DNA from: Treponemataceae bacterium
GTDB lineage: Bacteria > Spirochaetota > Spirochaetia > Treponematales > Rectinemataceae
Assembly: GCA_963677895.2 (NCBI GenBank)
Contig: CAXXGJ010000002.1
Coordinates: forward strand, 1-64,000
Direction of reading: 5' to 3'
DNA: 64,000 nucleotides
The notes beneath the pieces were generated by a model. It did not search any database. It saw only the letters and a list, made by a program, of their open reading frames with translations, and had not been told where the DNA came from. Below, one piece after another: positions 40,670 to 50,458 of this stretch. How positions within the stretch are numbered: the first letter of the stretch is position 1; each line of letters starts with the position of its first letter. Position numbers and translations under genes: made by a program.

Positions 40670-41635
40670 ATGAGAAACAAGCTGTTGGTTCTCGGGCTCG
40701 TCATGCTATTTGCGATCGGCGCTGGCGTATCAGCGGATAATTTTCCGTCCAAACCTATCCGTATGATCGTTCCATGGAGCGCCGGCGGCGGCAGCGACGT
40801 GCTGTGCCGGACCTTTCAACCGGCTCTTGAAAAGGCGCTCGGCCAGCGTATTTTGATCGAGAATATTCCCGCCGGGGCTACTGTCGTCGGAACTATGGAA
40901 CTTCTTAAGTCGAAAGCTGACGGTTACACGCTGCTGTTCTCCAACGAAGCGTGGATAACCCGCTATTACGCGAAATCCTATACGGAAAAAGTGTGGGAAA
41001 AAATGACGCCTATTGCTAACGTTACATCGGAGCCCTTGGCTTGCATCGAAGTCAGGGTCGATTCTCCAATTAAAACCTGGGACGATCTTGTGAAAGCCGC
41101 TAGGGCTAATCCTGGAAAACTCACATGCGGCAATGCCGGTGTGGGATCTCCTCTCGATATCGCCTTCGATGCTATCCTTAAGTCGGTGGGTGTAGAAATA
41201 CAGTACGTTCCTTTCGCAGGCGGCGGCGCTTCCAAAACCGCCATGCTCGGCGGCCACGTCGATTTCCGCGTCTGTCAGCCAACCGAAGCCATCCCCAGCG
41301 TCAAAGGCGGACTTTCCCGCGTGATCGCGGTCTGCAACGACAAACGCCTTTCCACGCTTCCCGACGCTCCTACGTTCAAGGAATTGGGCATGAACGTCGA
41401 CGACCAGTACAAAATCATCCGCGGTATCTGGGCTCCCGCTAACGTACCGGCTGACATTGTCCAGAAGCTTTCTTCAATGGTAGAGACGGCGACGAAAGAC
41501 GCGACCTTCATCGCGGCGGCCGAGAAAATGTCCTATGAAGTCGACTATCGCAATTCTGCCCAGGTCCGCGCATTCGTGCTCAACTTCGACAAGCAGTTCG
41601 GACCCCTGCTCGAAAAGATCATGAGCGGCAAATAG
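40670..41635 (+). CDS. tctC: TTT substrate-binding protein (second copy)
   Basis: Signal peptide; FPSKPIRMIVPWSAGGGSD, VPFAGGG, PTFKELG. Confidence 0.9.
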   Translation: MRNKLLVLGLVMLFAIGAGVSADNFPSKPIRMIVPWSAGGGSDVLCRTFQPALEKALGQRILIENIPAGATVVGTMELLKSKADGYTLLFSNEAWITRYYAKSYTEKVWEKMTPIANVTSEPLACIEVRVDSPIKTWDDLVKAARANPGKLTCGNAGVGSPLDIAFDAILKSVGVEIQYVPFAGGGASKTAMLGGHVDFRVCQPTEAIPSVKGGLSRVIAVCNDKRLSTLPDAPTFKELGMNVDDQYKIIRGIWAPANVPADIVQKLSSMVETATKDATFIAAAEKMSYEVDYRNSAQVRAFVLNFDKQFGPLLEKIMSGK

Positions 41636-41749
41636 TGAAGGCGACAGCCGCGCTATTTACCGATATTGCGTTGATGTCCGCGCCCGGTCTGCATATTCTG
41701 GGCGCGGGACTTTATTATGGAGATTCTATAGATGCGGAGGGAAGCGTAC

Positions 41750-42211
41750 ATGGTCAAGCGAGATGTAATAGGCAGTCTTGCCTGGATGGGCTTTGGGAGC
41801 ATTTTCGCGGTGAGCGCGCTGCAACAGGGGTTGTTTGCCAAGGGACTGCCCGGGCCTGGCCTTCTCCCGTTCATTTCAGGGGTCGCGTTGATCGCTATAT
41901 CCTTGTTTGTCCTTGTCCCCGCGCTCTACAAGGCCGATAAAGGGCACGGCAATGGAGTTCCCATGGCGCCGGGTGGGTTGAAAAAGGCGGTACTGGCAAT
42001 TATCGCGCTTCTTGCCTATAGCATTCTGCTCGAACCTATTGGTTACCTTATCGTAACGTTTGCTTTCATCCTCTTCGCGACGAGACTGATGGCCAAAGGG
42101 AGATGGTGGGTTTCCGTTACGGTTGCTGCCGTCGCTTCCGCTGCGAGCTATGTACTTTTTGTGGTACTTCTCTCGGTGTCGCTCCCTAAGGGGCTTCTGG
42201 CGTTCATCTGA
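41750..42211 (+). CDS. tctB: TTT small permease (second copy)
   Basis: PGPGLLP, LEPIGY, LSVSLPKG. Confidence 0.88.
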   Translation: MVKRDVIGSLAWMGFGSIFAVSALQQGLFAKGLPGPGLLPFISGVALIAISLFVLVPALYKADKGHGNGVPMAPGGLKKAVLAIIALLAYSILLEPIGYLIVTFAFILFATRLMAKGRWWVSVTVAAVASAASYVLFVVLLSVSLPKGLLAFI

Positions 42212-42230
42212 AATTTCTTAGGAGGGCACA

Positions 42231-43733
42231 ATGAATTTTTTAGCTAATGCCGCTATGGCGTTCCAGGTAGCTTTGGAACCCTTGAATATATTATTCTGCT
42301 TTCTCGGTTGCCTTGTCGGCACTTTCGTGGGTGTATTGCCTGGCCTAGGGCCGGCTGCGTCCATATCGCTCTTGCTCCCCCTCACCTTTCTCATGCCCCC
42401 AGAAGCCTCGATTATAATGCTGGGAGGGCTCTATTACGGCACGATGTATGGCGGATCGACGACATCGATCCTGTTGAATATTCCCGGTGAAGCCGCTTCG
42501 GTCGTGACCTGTCTCGACGGGTATCAAATGGCGAAAAAGGGTCGCGCCGGCCCAGCGCTGGGAATAGCCGCTTTCGGTTCCTTTATCGCTGGTACTTTCG
42601 GGACCTTCCTGATTATGGTTCTTGCCCCGCCCCTCGCAAAACTGGCATTGAAATTCGGACCACCCGAATTTGTCGGGCTAGTATTCCTTGGCCTGACCCT
42701 GGTAACTTCCCTCTCGGGCGGCTCAAAGGCTAAAGCGCTGATGATGGCCGTCGTGGGGCTGCTCTTGAGCTATGTCGGCATCGATATTGTCACGGGCAGG
42801 GAGCGCTTTACTTTCGGAATCTCGACAATTTCCGGCGGCTTCGATATGGTACCGATTGCCATGGGGCTGTTTGGGATATCGGAAGTACTTATAAACCTCA
42901 CACAGCCAGAAGAAAAGCGAGAAATCTTCAATACGAGCGTACGAGAGCTCATGCCCTCCCAGCAGGATTGGAAAGACTCGGCTGGCCCCATCGGGAGAGG
43001 CTCGATAGTAGGTTTTCTGCTCGGCATCATCCCTGGCGGCGGTGGCATGTTGTCATCATTTGTTTCTTACGCGATGGAAAAGAAGCTTGCTAAACATCCC
43101 GAAAACTTTGGCTTGGGTGATATCCGTGGCGTAGCCGGCCCGGAATCGGCCAACAACGCAGGCGCTCAGGGCGCGTTCATCCCGATGCTGACTATGGGTA
43201 TCCCCTGCAACGTTACCTTAGCTATACTCATGGGAGCTCTGATGATCCATGGCGTTACGCCGGGGCCGCTTATGCTCGCCGAACACCCTCGCGTCTTTTG
43301 GGGAGTCATCGGGAGCATGTATATCGGCAACATAATGTTGCTTTTGCTCAATCTGCCTCTCATCGGGCTTTGGGTTAAAATGCTGAAAGTACCCTATGCG
43401 TTTCTGTTCCCGTTCATTTTTCTGTTCTGCCTCATTGGTGCCTTCACTATTGGGAACAATACGAGTGACATCCTGATAATGATCATTTTCGGCGTCGTTG
43501 GATTCTTGATGAAGAAGGGCGGCTTTGAGCCGGCTCCCCTTGTCTTGGCATTCGTGCTGGGGCCAATGTTCGAAAACGCTTTCAGGCAGTCACTTATCAT
43601 ATCCCGTGGGGACTTATCGATTTTTATAACAAAGCCTCTGGCGGCTGCATTCATTTTCGTTTCACTGGCGCTGCTTACGTGGCCGGTGGTTTCCAAGCTA
43701 TTTAAAAAGCATAGACCTTCAAAAGCGGTCTGA
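42231..43733 (+). CDS. tctA: TTT large permease (second copy)
   Basis: [34 protein letters not shown]. Confidence 0.94.
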   Translation: MNFLANAAMAFQVALEPLNILFCFLGCLVGTFVGVLPGLGPAASISLLLPLTFLMPPEASIIMLGGLYYGTMYGGSTTSILLNIPGEAASVVTCLDGYQMAKKGRAGPALGIAAFGSFIAGTFGTFLIMVLAPPLAKLALKFGPPEFVGLVFLGLTLVTSLSGGSKAKALMMAVVGLLLSYVGIDIVTGRERFTFGISTISGGFDMVPIAMGLFGISEVLINLTQPEEKREIFNTSVRELMPSQQDWKDSAGPIGRGSIVGFLLGIIPGGGGMLSSFVSYAMEKKLAKHPENFGLGDIRGVAGPESANNAGAQGAFIPMLTMGIPCNVTLAILMGALMIHGVTPGPLMLAEHPRVFWGVIGSMYIGNIMLLLLNLPLIGLWVKMLKVPYAFLFPFIFLFCLIGAFTIGNNTSDILIMIIFGVVGFLMKKGGFEPAPLVLAFVLGPMFENAFRQSLIISRGDLSIFITKPLAAAFIFVSLALLTWPVVSKLFKKHRPSKAV

Positions 43734-43764
43734 AGTTTCGCAAAACTATAAACGGGGCTATACT

Positions 43765-45672
43765 GTGCATCGAATGTCAATAATCTACGTTATAGCCCCC
43801 TATCTCAAGCTGAAGGAGATAGCCGACTCATTGGCGCCTTCGTGCTCTATCCCAATAAAGACCGTCGTCGGTGACCTAGGGGCGGGCTTAGTCTTAGCCC
43901 ATGATGCCGTCGCTGAAGATTCCATCATTATAAGCCGCGGCGGCACGGCCAAGCTGATACGTGAAACCTTGAAGGTCGATGTCATCGAGATCGGCATCTC
44001 ACAGCTCGATCTGATGAGAACGCTGAAGCCTTATATTGGGGCGAAGAAGCGGATCGCGGTGGCCGGGTTCCGCACCCTCACCGAGCATGCAGAGAATCTC
44101 TGCAAAATCCTTGATATCCCCGCGAACTTCCTTCCTGTCGATGACGAGGCTGAGATGCCGGCCTGTATCGAGCGAGTTCACCGGATGGACGTGTCCTGCC
44201 TGATCGGTGATATGGTCGCGGTACGCTCCGCCGGCGACCTGGGCATACCCCTCTCCTTGATCGAATCGGGGCCAGATGCTGTAGCCGAAGCGATAGACAA
44301 GGCGGCGACCGTCGCTCGCAGCCTCATGTTCAGGCAGACGAGCGACCTCCGGATGGGTGCCGTCCTCAACACTGTGCGCGAGGGAATCATAGCTGTGGAT
44401 AGGGCCGGCATCGTAACACACGTCAATAGCACAGCCTGTGACCTGCTAGGCGCGGCAGCGAAGGTGGGGCTTCCCGCCGATTCGATCGTACCGGGGAATT
44501 ACGTCGATCGCGCCATGTCCGAGCGTCACGAAGTGTTCGGAATGCTTGTGGAGCTCAAAGACCGCCGCGCGGTGCTCAATGTCACGCCCATTGTCTCCCG
44601 CGATTCCGTCGAGGGAGCCGTCGTCGTCCTCCAGGAAATCGGAAAGATCCAAGACATAGAGAAGAAGGTCCGTCGGCAACTGAATGCCCGGGGGCTGGTC
44701 GCCAAGTATCGTTTCGAGGATATGGCTTCGCATTCGCCGGTGATGTGTTCCTGCTTGAGCGTAGCCCGCCAGTACGCCCGGAGCGTGAGCGCCATCCTCA
44801 TTTACGGCGAGACGGGGACGGGCAAGGAACGCCTCGCCCAGAGCATTCACAACGAGAGCTCCATGCGCGATGGCCCCTTCGTGGCGATCAACTGCGGGGC
44901 GCTTCCGTCCTCCCTCCTTGAAAGCGAACTCTTCGGCTACGAGGAAGGAGCTTTTACCGGGGCGGGCAGGGGTGGCAAGACAGGTCTCTTCGAGTTGGCC
45001 CACGGCGGTACTATCTTCCTCGACGAAATCAACGAACTGGATGTTCAGCTCCAGGGCAAGCTCCTGCGCGTCATCCAGGAGCACGAGGTTATGCGCGTCG
45101 GGGGCATCAAGGTCATCCCCGTATCCTTCCGTCTCATAGCCGCGTCCAACATACCCCTGAGGGAAGAGATAGAGCGCGGCAAGATCCGTCGCGACCTTTA
45201 TTACAGGCTCAATGTCCTAGATATCCGCCTGCCGCCGCTGAGGGAACGTTTCGAGGATATAGCCCCTCTGTTCGAGGGCTTCGTACGCGACTGCGCCATG
45301 CGCGATGGCGACAGGGCACCGTCGCGGCCGCCCGATTTCTTTCTCGAGGCGCTGAGGGCTCACGACTGGCCGGGTAACGTTCGCGAGCTAGAGAACGTGG
45401 CAGAAAAGTGGGCGGTCTTGAGGCGTCTGCTAGACGCGGAATCGGCGGCCCATTTGACGCTTGAATCCTTCACAGCCTTGGGCGCGGCCACGACGCGGAC
45501 CGGAGCGCCAGAGGATGCCGGCGATATGGCGATATCCTGCGATGGCTCCTTGGATGAAATTGCTTCCCGCGCGGTTCGGGCCGTACTGAAAGAGGAAGAC
45601 GGCAATATCTCACGCGCCGCTAGGCGGCTCGATATCGATAGGCAAACGCTTAGAAAGAAACTTGGGCTTTAA
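43765..45672 (+). CDS. PrpR-like sigma54-dependent activator (PrpR_N, PAS, AAA+, Fis HTH)
   Basis: ISRGGTA, GETGTGKE, ESELFGYEEGAFTGA, FLDEI, WPGNVREL, C-terminal HTH. Confidence 0.94.
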   Translation: MHRMSIIYVIAPYLKLKEIADSLAPSCSIPIKTVVGDLGAGLVLAHDAVAEDSIIISRGGTAKLIRETLKVDVIEIGISQLDLMRTLKPYIGAKKRIAVAGFRTLTEHAENLCKILDIPANFLPVDDEAEMPACIERVHRMDVSCLIGDMVAVRSAGDLGIPLSLIESGPDAVAEAIDKAATVARSLMFRQTSDLRMGAVLNTVREGIIAVDRAGIVTHVNSTACDLLGAAAKVGLPADSIVPGNYVDRAMSERHEVFGMLVELKDRRAVLNVTPIVSRDSVEGAVVVLQEIGKIQDIEKKVRRQLNARGLVAKYRFEDMASHSPVMCSCLSVARQYARSVSAILIYGETGTGKERLAQSIHNESSMRDGPFVAINCGALPSSLLESELFGYEEGAFTGAGRGGKTGLFELAHGGTIFLDEINELDVQLQGKLLRVIQEHEVMRVGGIKVIPVSFRLIAASNIPLREEIERGKIRRDLYYRLNVLDIRLPPLRERFEDIAPLFEGFVRDCAMRDGDRAPSRPPDFFLEALRAHDWPGNVRELENVAEKWAVLRRLLDAESAAHLTLESFTALGAATTRTGAPEDAGDMAISCDGSLDEIASRAVRAVLKEEDGNISRAARRLDIDRQTLRKKLGL

Positions 45673-45684
45673 GATTCGCTGGAA

Positions 45685-45747
45685 TTAAAACTCCATCTGC
45701 ATTGTTGTACGCACTTCTTGTAGGGTGGCCATAGCCGCAGCGCGGGC
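45685..45747 (-). repeat. Displaced diverged copy of the trpS C-terminal tail
   Basis: Minus strand reads ARAAAMATLQEVRTTMQMEF* vs TrpS ARAVAVETLQEVRAAMHMEL*: 13/20 aa and 41/63 nt identical, stop aligned. Confidence 0.8.
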
Positions 45748-45928
45748 GATCCCATGCTGGCCGATCGCTGAGCCGTAAAAGGCGCAAATCATGGTTCCGA
45801 CGAAGTGCTGCTCCCTCCTCTGCCCGATGCCTTAGGATAGACGTCTTCCCGTGCTTTTGATTCCATTATTTAAGGAAATTTCCGCTTGTGAACTGATGTA
45901 AGAAAAGTCATCAGTATGATGTTTTTTC

Positions 45929-45944
45929 TGGTGAAAATATCATT
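45929..45944. promoter_or_regulatory. Candidate UAS upstream of the MBL gene
   Basis: TGGTGAAAATATCATT; shares TTCTGGTGAAA with the 34887-34897 site. Confidence 0.45.
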
Positions 45945-46040
45945 GAAGAATATCATTGTATTATTGTAAAACATCTGATGATGTATACTTTTTTTCTTTT
46001 AACATATGCAATTACAAAGTTTGTGAAATGTATAATAACT

Positions 46041-46057
46041 TTGGCATGAAACTAGCA
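46041..46057 (+). promoter_or_regulatory. Sigma54 (-24/-12) promoter
   Basis: TTGGCATGAAACTAGCA, GG-N10-GC, about 25 nt before ATG 46083. Confidence 0.68.
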
Positions 46058-46082
46058 GTTACACGCATAGGAGGAAAGAACA

Positions 46083-47120
46083 ATGAAACGACTTATGACT
46101 ATTGTTCTAACGTTGATGATGGTGTCGTCTTTCGCTACTGTTTTCGCAGATAATACGACTGCGGGCGCCATTAAGGCTGGCTCAATCCTGCAGGAAGACC
46201 TCCCTGTAGTGACTGAGACGAAAGGGATGCTGCTATACCGCTGGAATAGCTATATTTTCAATGAATTTGTCTTGCCCAACGGGAAACGGATTGTATTTGA
46301 TCCTTTTATGTACGATGTGAAGAATCAATACACACTGCATCCCGAAGTGAAAGCTTCTGATTACATAGAAGGTGCCGATTATATCATCCTCACGCATACC
46401 CATTTTGACCATGTGCGTGATCTGCCGGATTTGCTAGAGCATTGGCCGAACGCGTTTGTAGTCGTTCCTGAAGAGGGCGCGCTGTCGATGATCTATGCTT
46501 TAGGTTTGAATCCGTCTGGGATCCGGCTTTTGCCTGTGTCTGACGGGGAAAAACTAGAGTTCGACGATTTTACCTTAGATGTCTATCGTGGCATCCATAC
46601 GTTCCCGAGCGGGCTAAGCCCCAATGCTGGCAAGCTCGATATCAATAATAAAAGCTACAAAAACGAAGATGGTACGTTCAACTCGCTGAAATTCGATGCG
46701 GCCACCATGGGCGGCCGCGATATGATGAACTACAAGATCACTACGAACGACGGCTGGACGATCACAATGTGGGCTGGTCAGATGGACACAGAAACTAGAA
46801 AGTACTACTATCGTGACTCTAAGCCTGACTTTTTCTTCTATCAAAATGCCAAGGTTAACCTCGGCGGCGACCGCGACAATCCCAATACAATGGATTTGGC
46901 GAAGATGGTGGCTATGACCAATCCCAAGATCTGCATGCCCTGCCATCAGAATGACTCGTCTTGGGTTAATATACTAAAGGCGCACGATTACACCGCCAAG
47001 GATATCAATACTCTCGGTACCGGGTGCGCGACACAATTCTTCTCTCCGGATCCTAAGGACTGGTACGGCTTCAACAAGAATCAGGATGGCGAGATCAGCG
47101 CTTACGTCATCAAGAAATGA
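46083..47120 (+). CDS. Exported MBL-fold metallo-hydrolase (UlaG-like)
   Basis: SD AGGAGG; signal peptide; FDPF, THTHFDH (HxHxDH), GIH and MPCH. Confidence 0.85.
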   Translation: MKRLMTIVLTLMMVSSFATVFADNTTAGAIKAGSILQEDLPVVTETKGMLLYRWNSYIFNEFVLPNGKRIVFDPFMYDVKNQYTLHPEVKASDYIEGADYIILTHTHFDHVRDLPDLLEHWPNAFVVVPEEGALSMIYALGLNPSGIRLLPVSDGEKLEFDDFTLDVYRGIHTFPSGLSPNAGKLDINNKSYKNEDGTFNSLKFDAATMGGRDMMNYKITTNDGWTITMWAGQMDTETRKYYYRDSKPDFFFYQNAKVNLGGDRDNPNTMDLAKMVAMTNPKICMPCHQNDSSWVNILKAHDYTAKDINTLGTGCATQFFSPDPKDWYGFNKNQDGEISAYVIKK

Positions 47121-47382
47121 CGAGTCGGTAAAAGGCGACGCCTTACGCCTGAAAAGTGGCTTATTGATTTTATTACGGTTGTGAAAGGGGCTGATGCGCG
47201 ATAGAAGAGTGCGTGAGCCCCTTCATATTTGAGCACTGAATCATCCCAGACAAGCTGGAGAGACGATTATCCTTAATGTATTCTCTATGATGGATCGAGA
47301 AGTATTTATTTCCTCCGTCGGATCGTTTGATTGCATTCTTTTCTACCCTTAGCGGCTTAATCTCCAGTAAAACCAAGGCTGC

Positions 47383-48459
47383 CTATAGCTCCATATGCAT
47401 GGCGGCGCGCACTTCCTGGAGCGTCTCGACGGCCACGGCTCTCGCGTTCTCGATGCCGCCAAGGAGCACTGACCTGATGTAGGCGGGGTCGGCCTCGAGC
47501 CTTGTGCGTTCGGCGCGCAGGGGGCGCAGGTATTCGTTGAGCGACTCCGTCAGGGTACGCTTGAGAGCGCCCGATCCCTGGTCTCCTATGCGGGCTGCTA
47601 TGTCCGCGGGCGCCTCGCCTGTGCAGAGCGAGCAGATGAGAAGCAAATTGGAGATCTCGGGGCGCTTTTCGGGGTCGTAGGTTATCATGCGATCCGCGTC
47701 TGTCTTGGCTTTCTTGATGAGGGCCGCGGTTTCATCTTCGGTGGAGCAGAGCATGATGGCGTTGTTTCGGCTCTTGCTCATCTTCTGGCCGCCGTCGAGG
47801 CCGAGAATGGTGGGTGCCGCGCTCAGCAGGGCTTGGGGTTCCGGAAATACGGGCTTGCCGGCGGCGAAGCGCTCGTTGAACCGGCGCGCTATGACGCGGG
47901 TCAATTCGAGGTGGGGCAGCTGATCCTTGCCCACGGGGACGGTATTGCCTTTGCAGAAGAGAATGTCCGCGGCCTGGTGAACGGGATAGGTGTACATGCC
48001 GGCGGTTATGTTCTTCATGCCCGAGGCGGCGATTTCTTCCTTGACCGTTGGATTGCGGTTCAGTTCAGCGTTGGTGACGAGGGTGAGAAAGGGCAAGAGA
48101 AGCTGGTTCAGCTCAGGTACATGGCTGTGCGGGAATATATGCGTTTTCCCGTTGGGAATGAGGCCCGCCGCGATGTAGTCGATGGTCAGCTCGCGCGTGT
48201 TTTCGGCGATGGCCTCGAAGGTTTCGCGGTCGGTGAGAACCTGGTAATCGGCTATGACGATATAGGTAGTGACGCCGAGTCTCGCGAGCCGCACGCGGTT
48301 CTGCAGGGAGCCGAACAGATGCCCGATATGCAGACGTCCGGTAGGTCTGTCGCCCGTCAACACCCGGTATCGTTCGGGGTGCGATGGGATATCTTTTTCC
48401 ATGGCCGCGCTTTTCGCGGCGGCCGCTTCGAATGACCCATATTCCATTTCGTCGGACAT
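47383..48459 (-). CDS. trpS: Tryptophan--tRNA ligase
   Basis: TGDRPTGRLHIGH (HIGH), YPVHQAADIL, VPVGKDQ, KMSKS. Confidence 0.97.
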   Translation of the reverse strand: MSDEMEYGSFEAAAAKSAAMEKDIPSHPERYRVLTGDRPTGRLHIGHLFGSLQNRVRLARLGVTTYIVIADYQVLTDRETFEAIAENTRELTIDYIAAGLIPNGKTHIFPHSHVPELNQLLLPFLTLVTNAELNRNPTVKEEIAASGMKNITAGMYTYPVHQAADILFCKGNTVPVGKDQLPHLELTRVIARRFNERFAAGKPVFPEPQALLSAAPTILGLDGGQKMSKSRNNAIMLCSTEDETAALIKKAKTDADRMITYDPEKRPEISNLLLICSLCTGEAPADIAARIGDQGSGALKRTLTESLNEYLRPLRAERTRLEADPAYIRSVLLGGIENARAVAVETLQEVRAAMHMEL

Positions 48460-48579
48460 TGTGTACTCCTGCGAGAGTTAGGGGACGCCGAGCGCCCAGA
48501 GGTTCGATTGCTGCCAGAATAAATCGCTTCGGGGCCCTTTATCAAGGGATATGAAGCGTGATCTCGCCGCGAGGCAGCC

Positions 48580-49023
48580 TCAAAGCTGGGCGGTCTCGCC
48601 TCGGGAAGGCCTGGGTTTTCGAATTTCCATCCAGTCGAGAGGGCGCGATACCACTGAAAAGCCGACCTTCTTGTAGACTTCGTGGGCATCCTTCGTTATG
48701 AGGAGCCACTGATAGACTCTCGCCATCGAGGGATGGTCCAGCATGCGGCGGATCATGCCCTGGCCGATGCCGCGCCCGCGGCATTCCTCGTCGACGTACA
48801 CGTCGAGAATATAGGCGAAACGCATTTTGTCCGAGATGGCGCGCGCGTAACCGACTTGCCGTCCCGACTCGTCGAAGGCGCCGATCACGAGCGCCGAATT
48901 CTCGGCGCCCTCTCGCACCTCGTCCAGTCCGATGCCGGGACACCAGTACGACTTCACGAGCATTTCGGTCACCCTCGTCAGGTCCATCGCGGCGATGCCG
49001 TCTTTGTATAGAATATTCGTCAT
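48580..49023 (-). CDS. GNAT family N-acetyltransferase
   Basis: QVGYARAISD, YILDVYVDEECRGRGIG, DAHEVYKKVGF. Confidence 0.9.
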   Translation of the reverse strand: MTNILYKDGIAAMDLTRVTEMLVKSYWCPGIGLDEVREGAENSALVIGAFDESGRQVGYARAISDKMRFAYILDVYVDEECRGRGIGQGMIRRMLDHPSMARVYQWLLITKDAHEVYKKVGFSVVSRPLDWMEIRKPRPSRGETAQL

Positions 49024-49024
49024 G

Positions 49025-50410
49025 CTAGATCCTTAAAATCATCCTCGCCGTCGTGAAATAGATCAATAGGCCGGTGATATCCACTATCGTGGTGAGCGCG
49101 GGGCTGGCGATGAGAGCCGGATCGGCGCCGAGCAAGGCGGCCCCGAGCGGCAAAGCCGCGCCTATTATCGTCGAAGCCACGACCTGAATGGCCAGAGCCA
49201 TGCCGATCGCGATTCCTATATCCAGGGCCGTGATGGCTCCCGAGACCTGCATATGCGAAGCCGAAGCCGTGAGCAGGACGCGCGCGAAAGCCAAGGCGCC
49301 CAGCACGATCCCCAAAAGCAGGGCTACCCTCAGCTCCTTCCAAAGTACCCTGAATCCATCCTTGGCCTGAATCTCCTTCAAGGCCAGCGAACGCACGATG
49401 ACGGCGGCCGACTGGCTCCCCGTGTTGCCCCCGGTGCTGGTGAGCATTGGCATATAGAAGGCGAGAATCATGAGGTTCGCGAGCGTCTGTTCGAAGGACT
49501 GCAAGACGGCGCCGGATACCAACCCCAGAAGCGCCAGGATGACGAGCCAGCCTACCCGGTTCCTGAAATGCGACCAGATGGTCGTGTGCAGATAGGGAAT
49601 GTTTTCGTGGCTGCCGGTGATGGCCATGAAGCGTTCCATATCCTCGGTCTGTTCCAGCTCCAGTACGTCGATGATATCGTCATGGGTGATAAGGCCGATC
49701 ATGACATCGTCGGCATCGACGACAGGCAGGGCCACGAGATCGTAGCGCGAAAACAAGTAGGCCGCTTGTTCCCTGTCGTTCAGCGCGTTGACGCTCTGAG
49801 GCCTGGCGTCCATTATTTCTGAAAGCTTCTTTCCGGGATTGGCGAGGATAAGGTCGGCGAGATTTATCGCTCCTTTCAGTTTCCTGGCCTCATCGATGGC
49901 GAAAATCATGAAAATCGAGTGCGCCTCGGCTCCTTCGAGCCTTATCCGCTCGATGGAATCCTTCACCGTCAAATCCTGGTTCAGCGCGATGTATTCGGAA
50001 GTCATCACGGAACCGGCCGTCCCCTCCTCGAACTGGGCAAGCCTCCTGATGTCGTCGCGTTCCTTTTTGGCCAGTATGGGCAGGAGGGCTTCGAACTTTT
50101 CGCGTGGAATAGCCTTGAGCAGATCGACCCTGTCGTCCGGGTCCAGCGATTCGGCGAGTCTGGCGAGGTCGGTGGTGTCGAGCAGGTCGGAAGCGTCGAT
50201 CTGGTAGGCGAGAGGAAGCTCGCGGAAAACATCGGCCGCCCTGACTTCCCCAAGGATTCTCATCACCTCGAGCGTCTCCGCGGGATCCAATCCAGTGAGT
50301 ATTTCCGCTATGGCGGTGGGGTGGAGGTCGCGAAGGAAGTCGAGGATATCGTCGCTTTTACCTTCTTCGAGAAGGTGCGCGAGATCCGGGGCGAGCAGTT
50401 GATCCAGCAT
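49025..50410 (-). CDS. mgtE: Magnesium transporter MgtE
   Basis: MgtE N-domain, CBS pair (TAGSVMTSEY), GGNTGSQ, DPALIASPALTTIVD. Confidence 0.95.
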   Translation of the reverse strand: MLDQLLAPDLAHLLEEGKSDDILDFLRDLHPTAIAEILTGLDPAETLEVMRILGEVRAADVFRELPLAYQIDASDLLDTTDLARLAESLDPDDRVDLLKAIPREKFEALLPILAKKERDDIRRLAQFEEGTAGSVMTSEYIALNQDLTVKDSIERIRLEGAEAHSIFMIFAIDEARKLKGAINLADLILANPGKKLSEIMDARPQSVNALNDREQAAYLFSRYDLVALPVVDADDVMIGLITHDDIIDVLELEQTEDMERFMAITGSHENIPYLHTTIWSHFRNRVGWLVILALLGLVSGAVLQSFEQTLANLMILAFYMPMLTSTGGNTGSQSAAVIVRSLALKEIQAKDGFRVLWKELRVALLLGIVLGALAFARVLLTASASHMQVSGAITALDIGIAIGMALAIQVVASTIIGAALPLGAALLGADPALIASPALTTIVDITGLLIYFTTARMILRI

Positions 50411-50458
50411 GGCAGCCTCCTTGGCCCAATAGGGCCAAACCCGACCGGATCCAGGGAA

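Larger units (their letters stand above)
34801..47382. mobile_element. Degenerate genomic island at the trpS 3' end (no integrase retained)
   Basis: Bounded by displaced trpS-tail copies; visibly more A/T-ending codons than the flanks; catabolic cargo; begins just after an apparently truncated ORF. Confidence 0.55.

Noticed and set aside
48460..48579. T-box riboswitch upstream of trpS
   Set aside because: The leader is short, with no T-box consensus (AAGGTGGTACC-like) or terminator visible.
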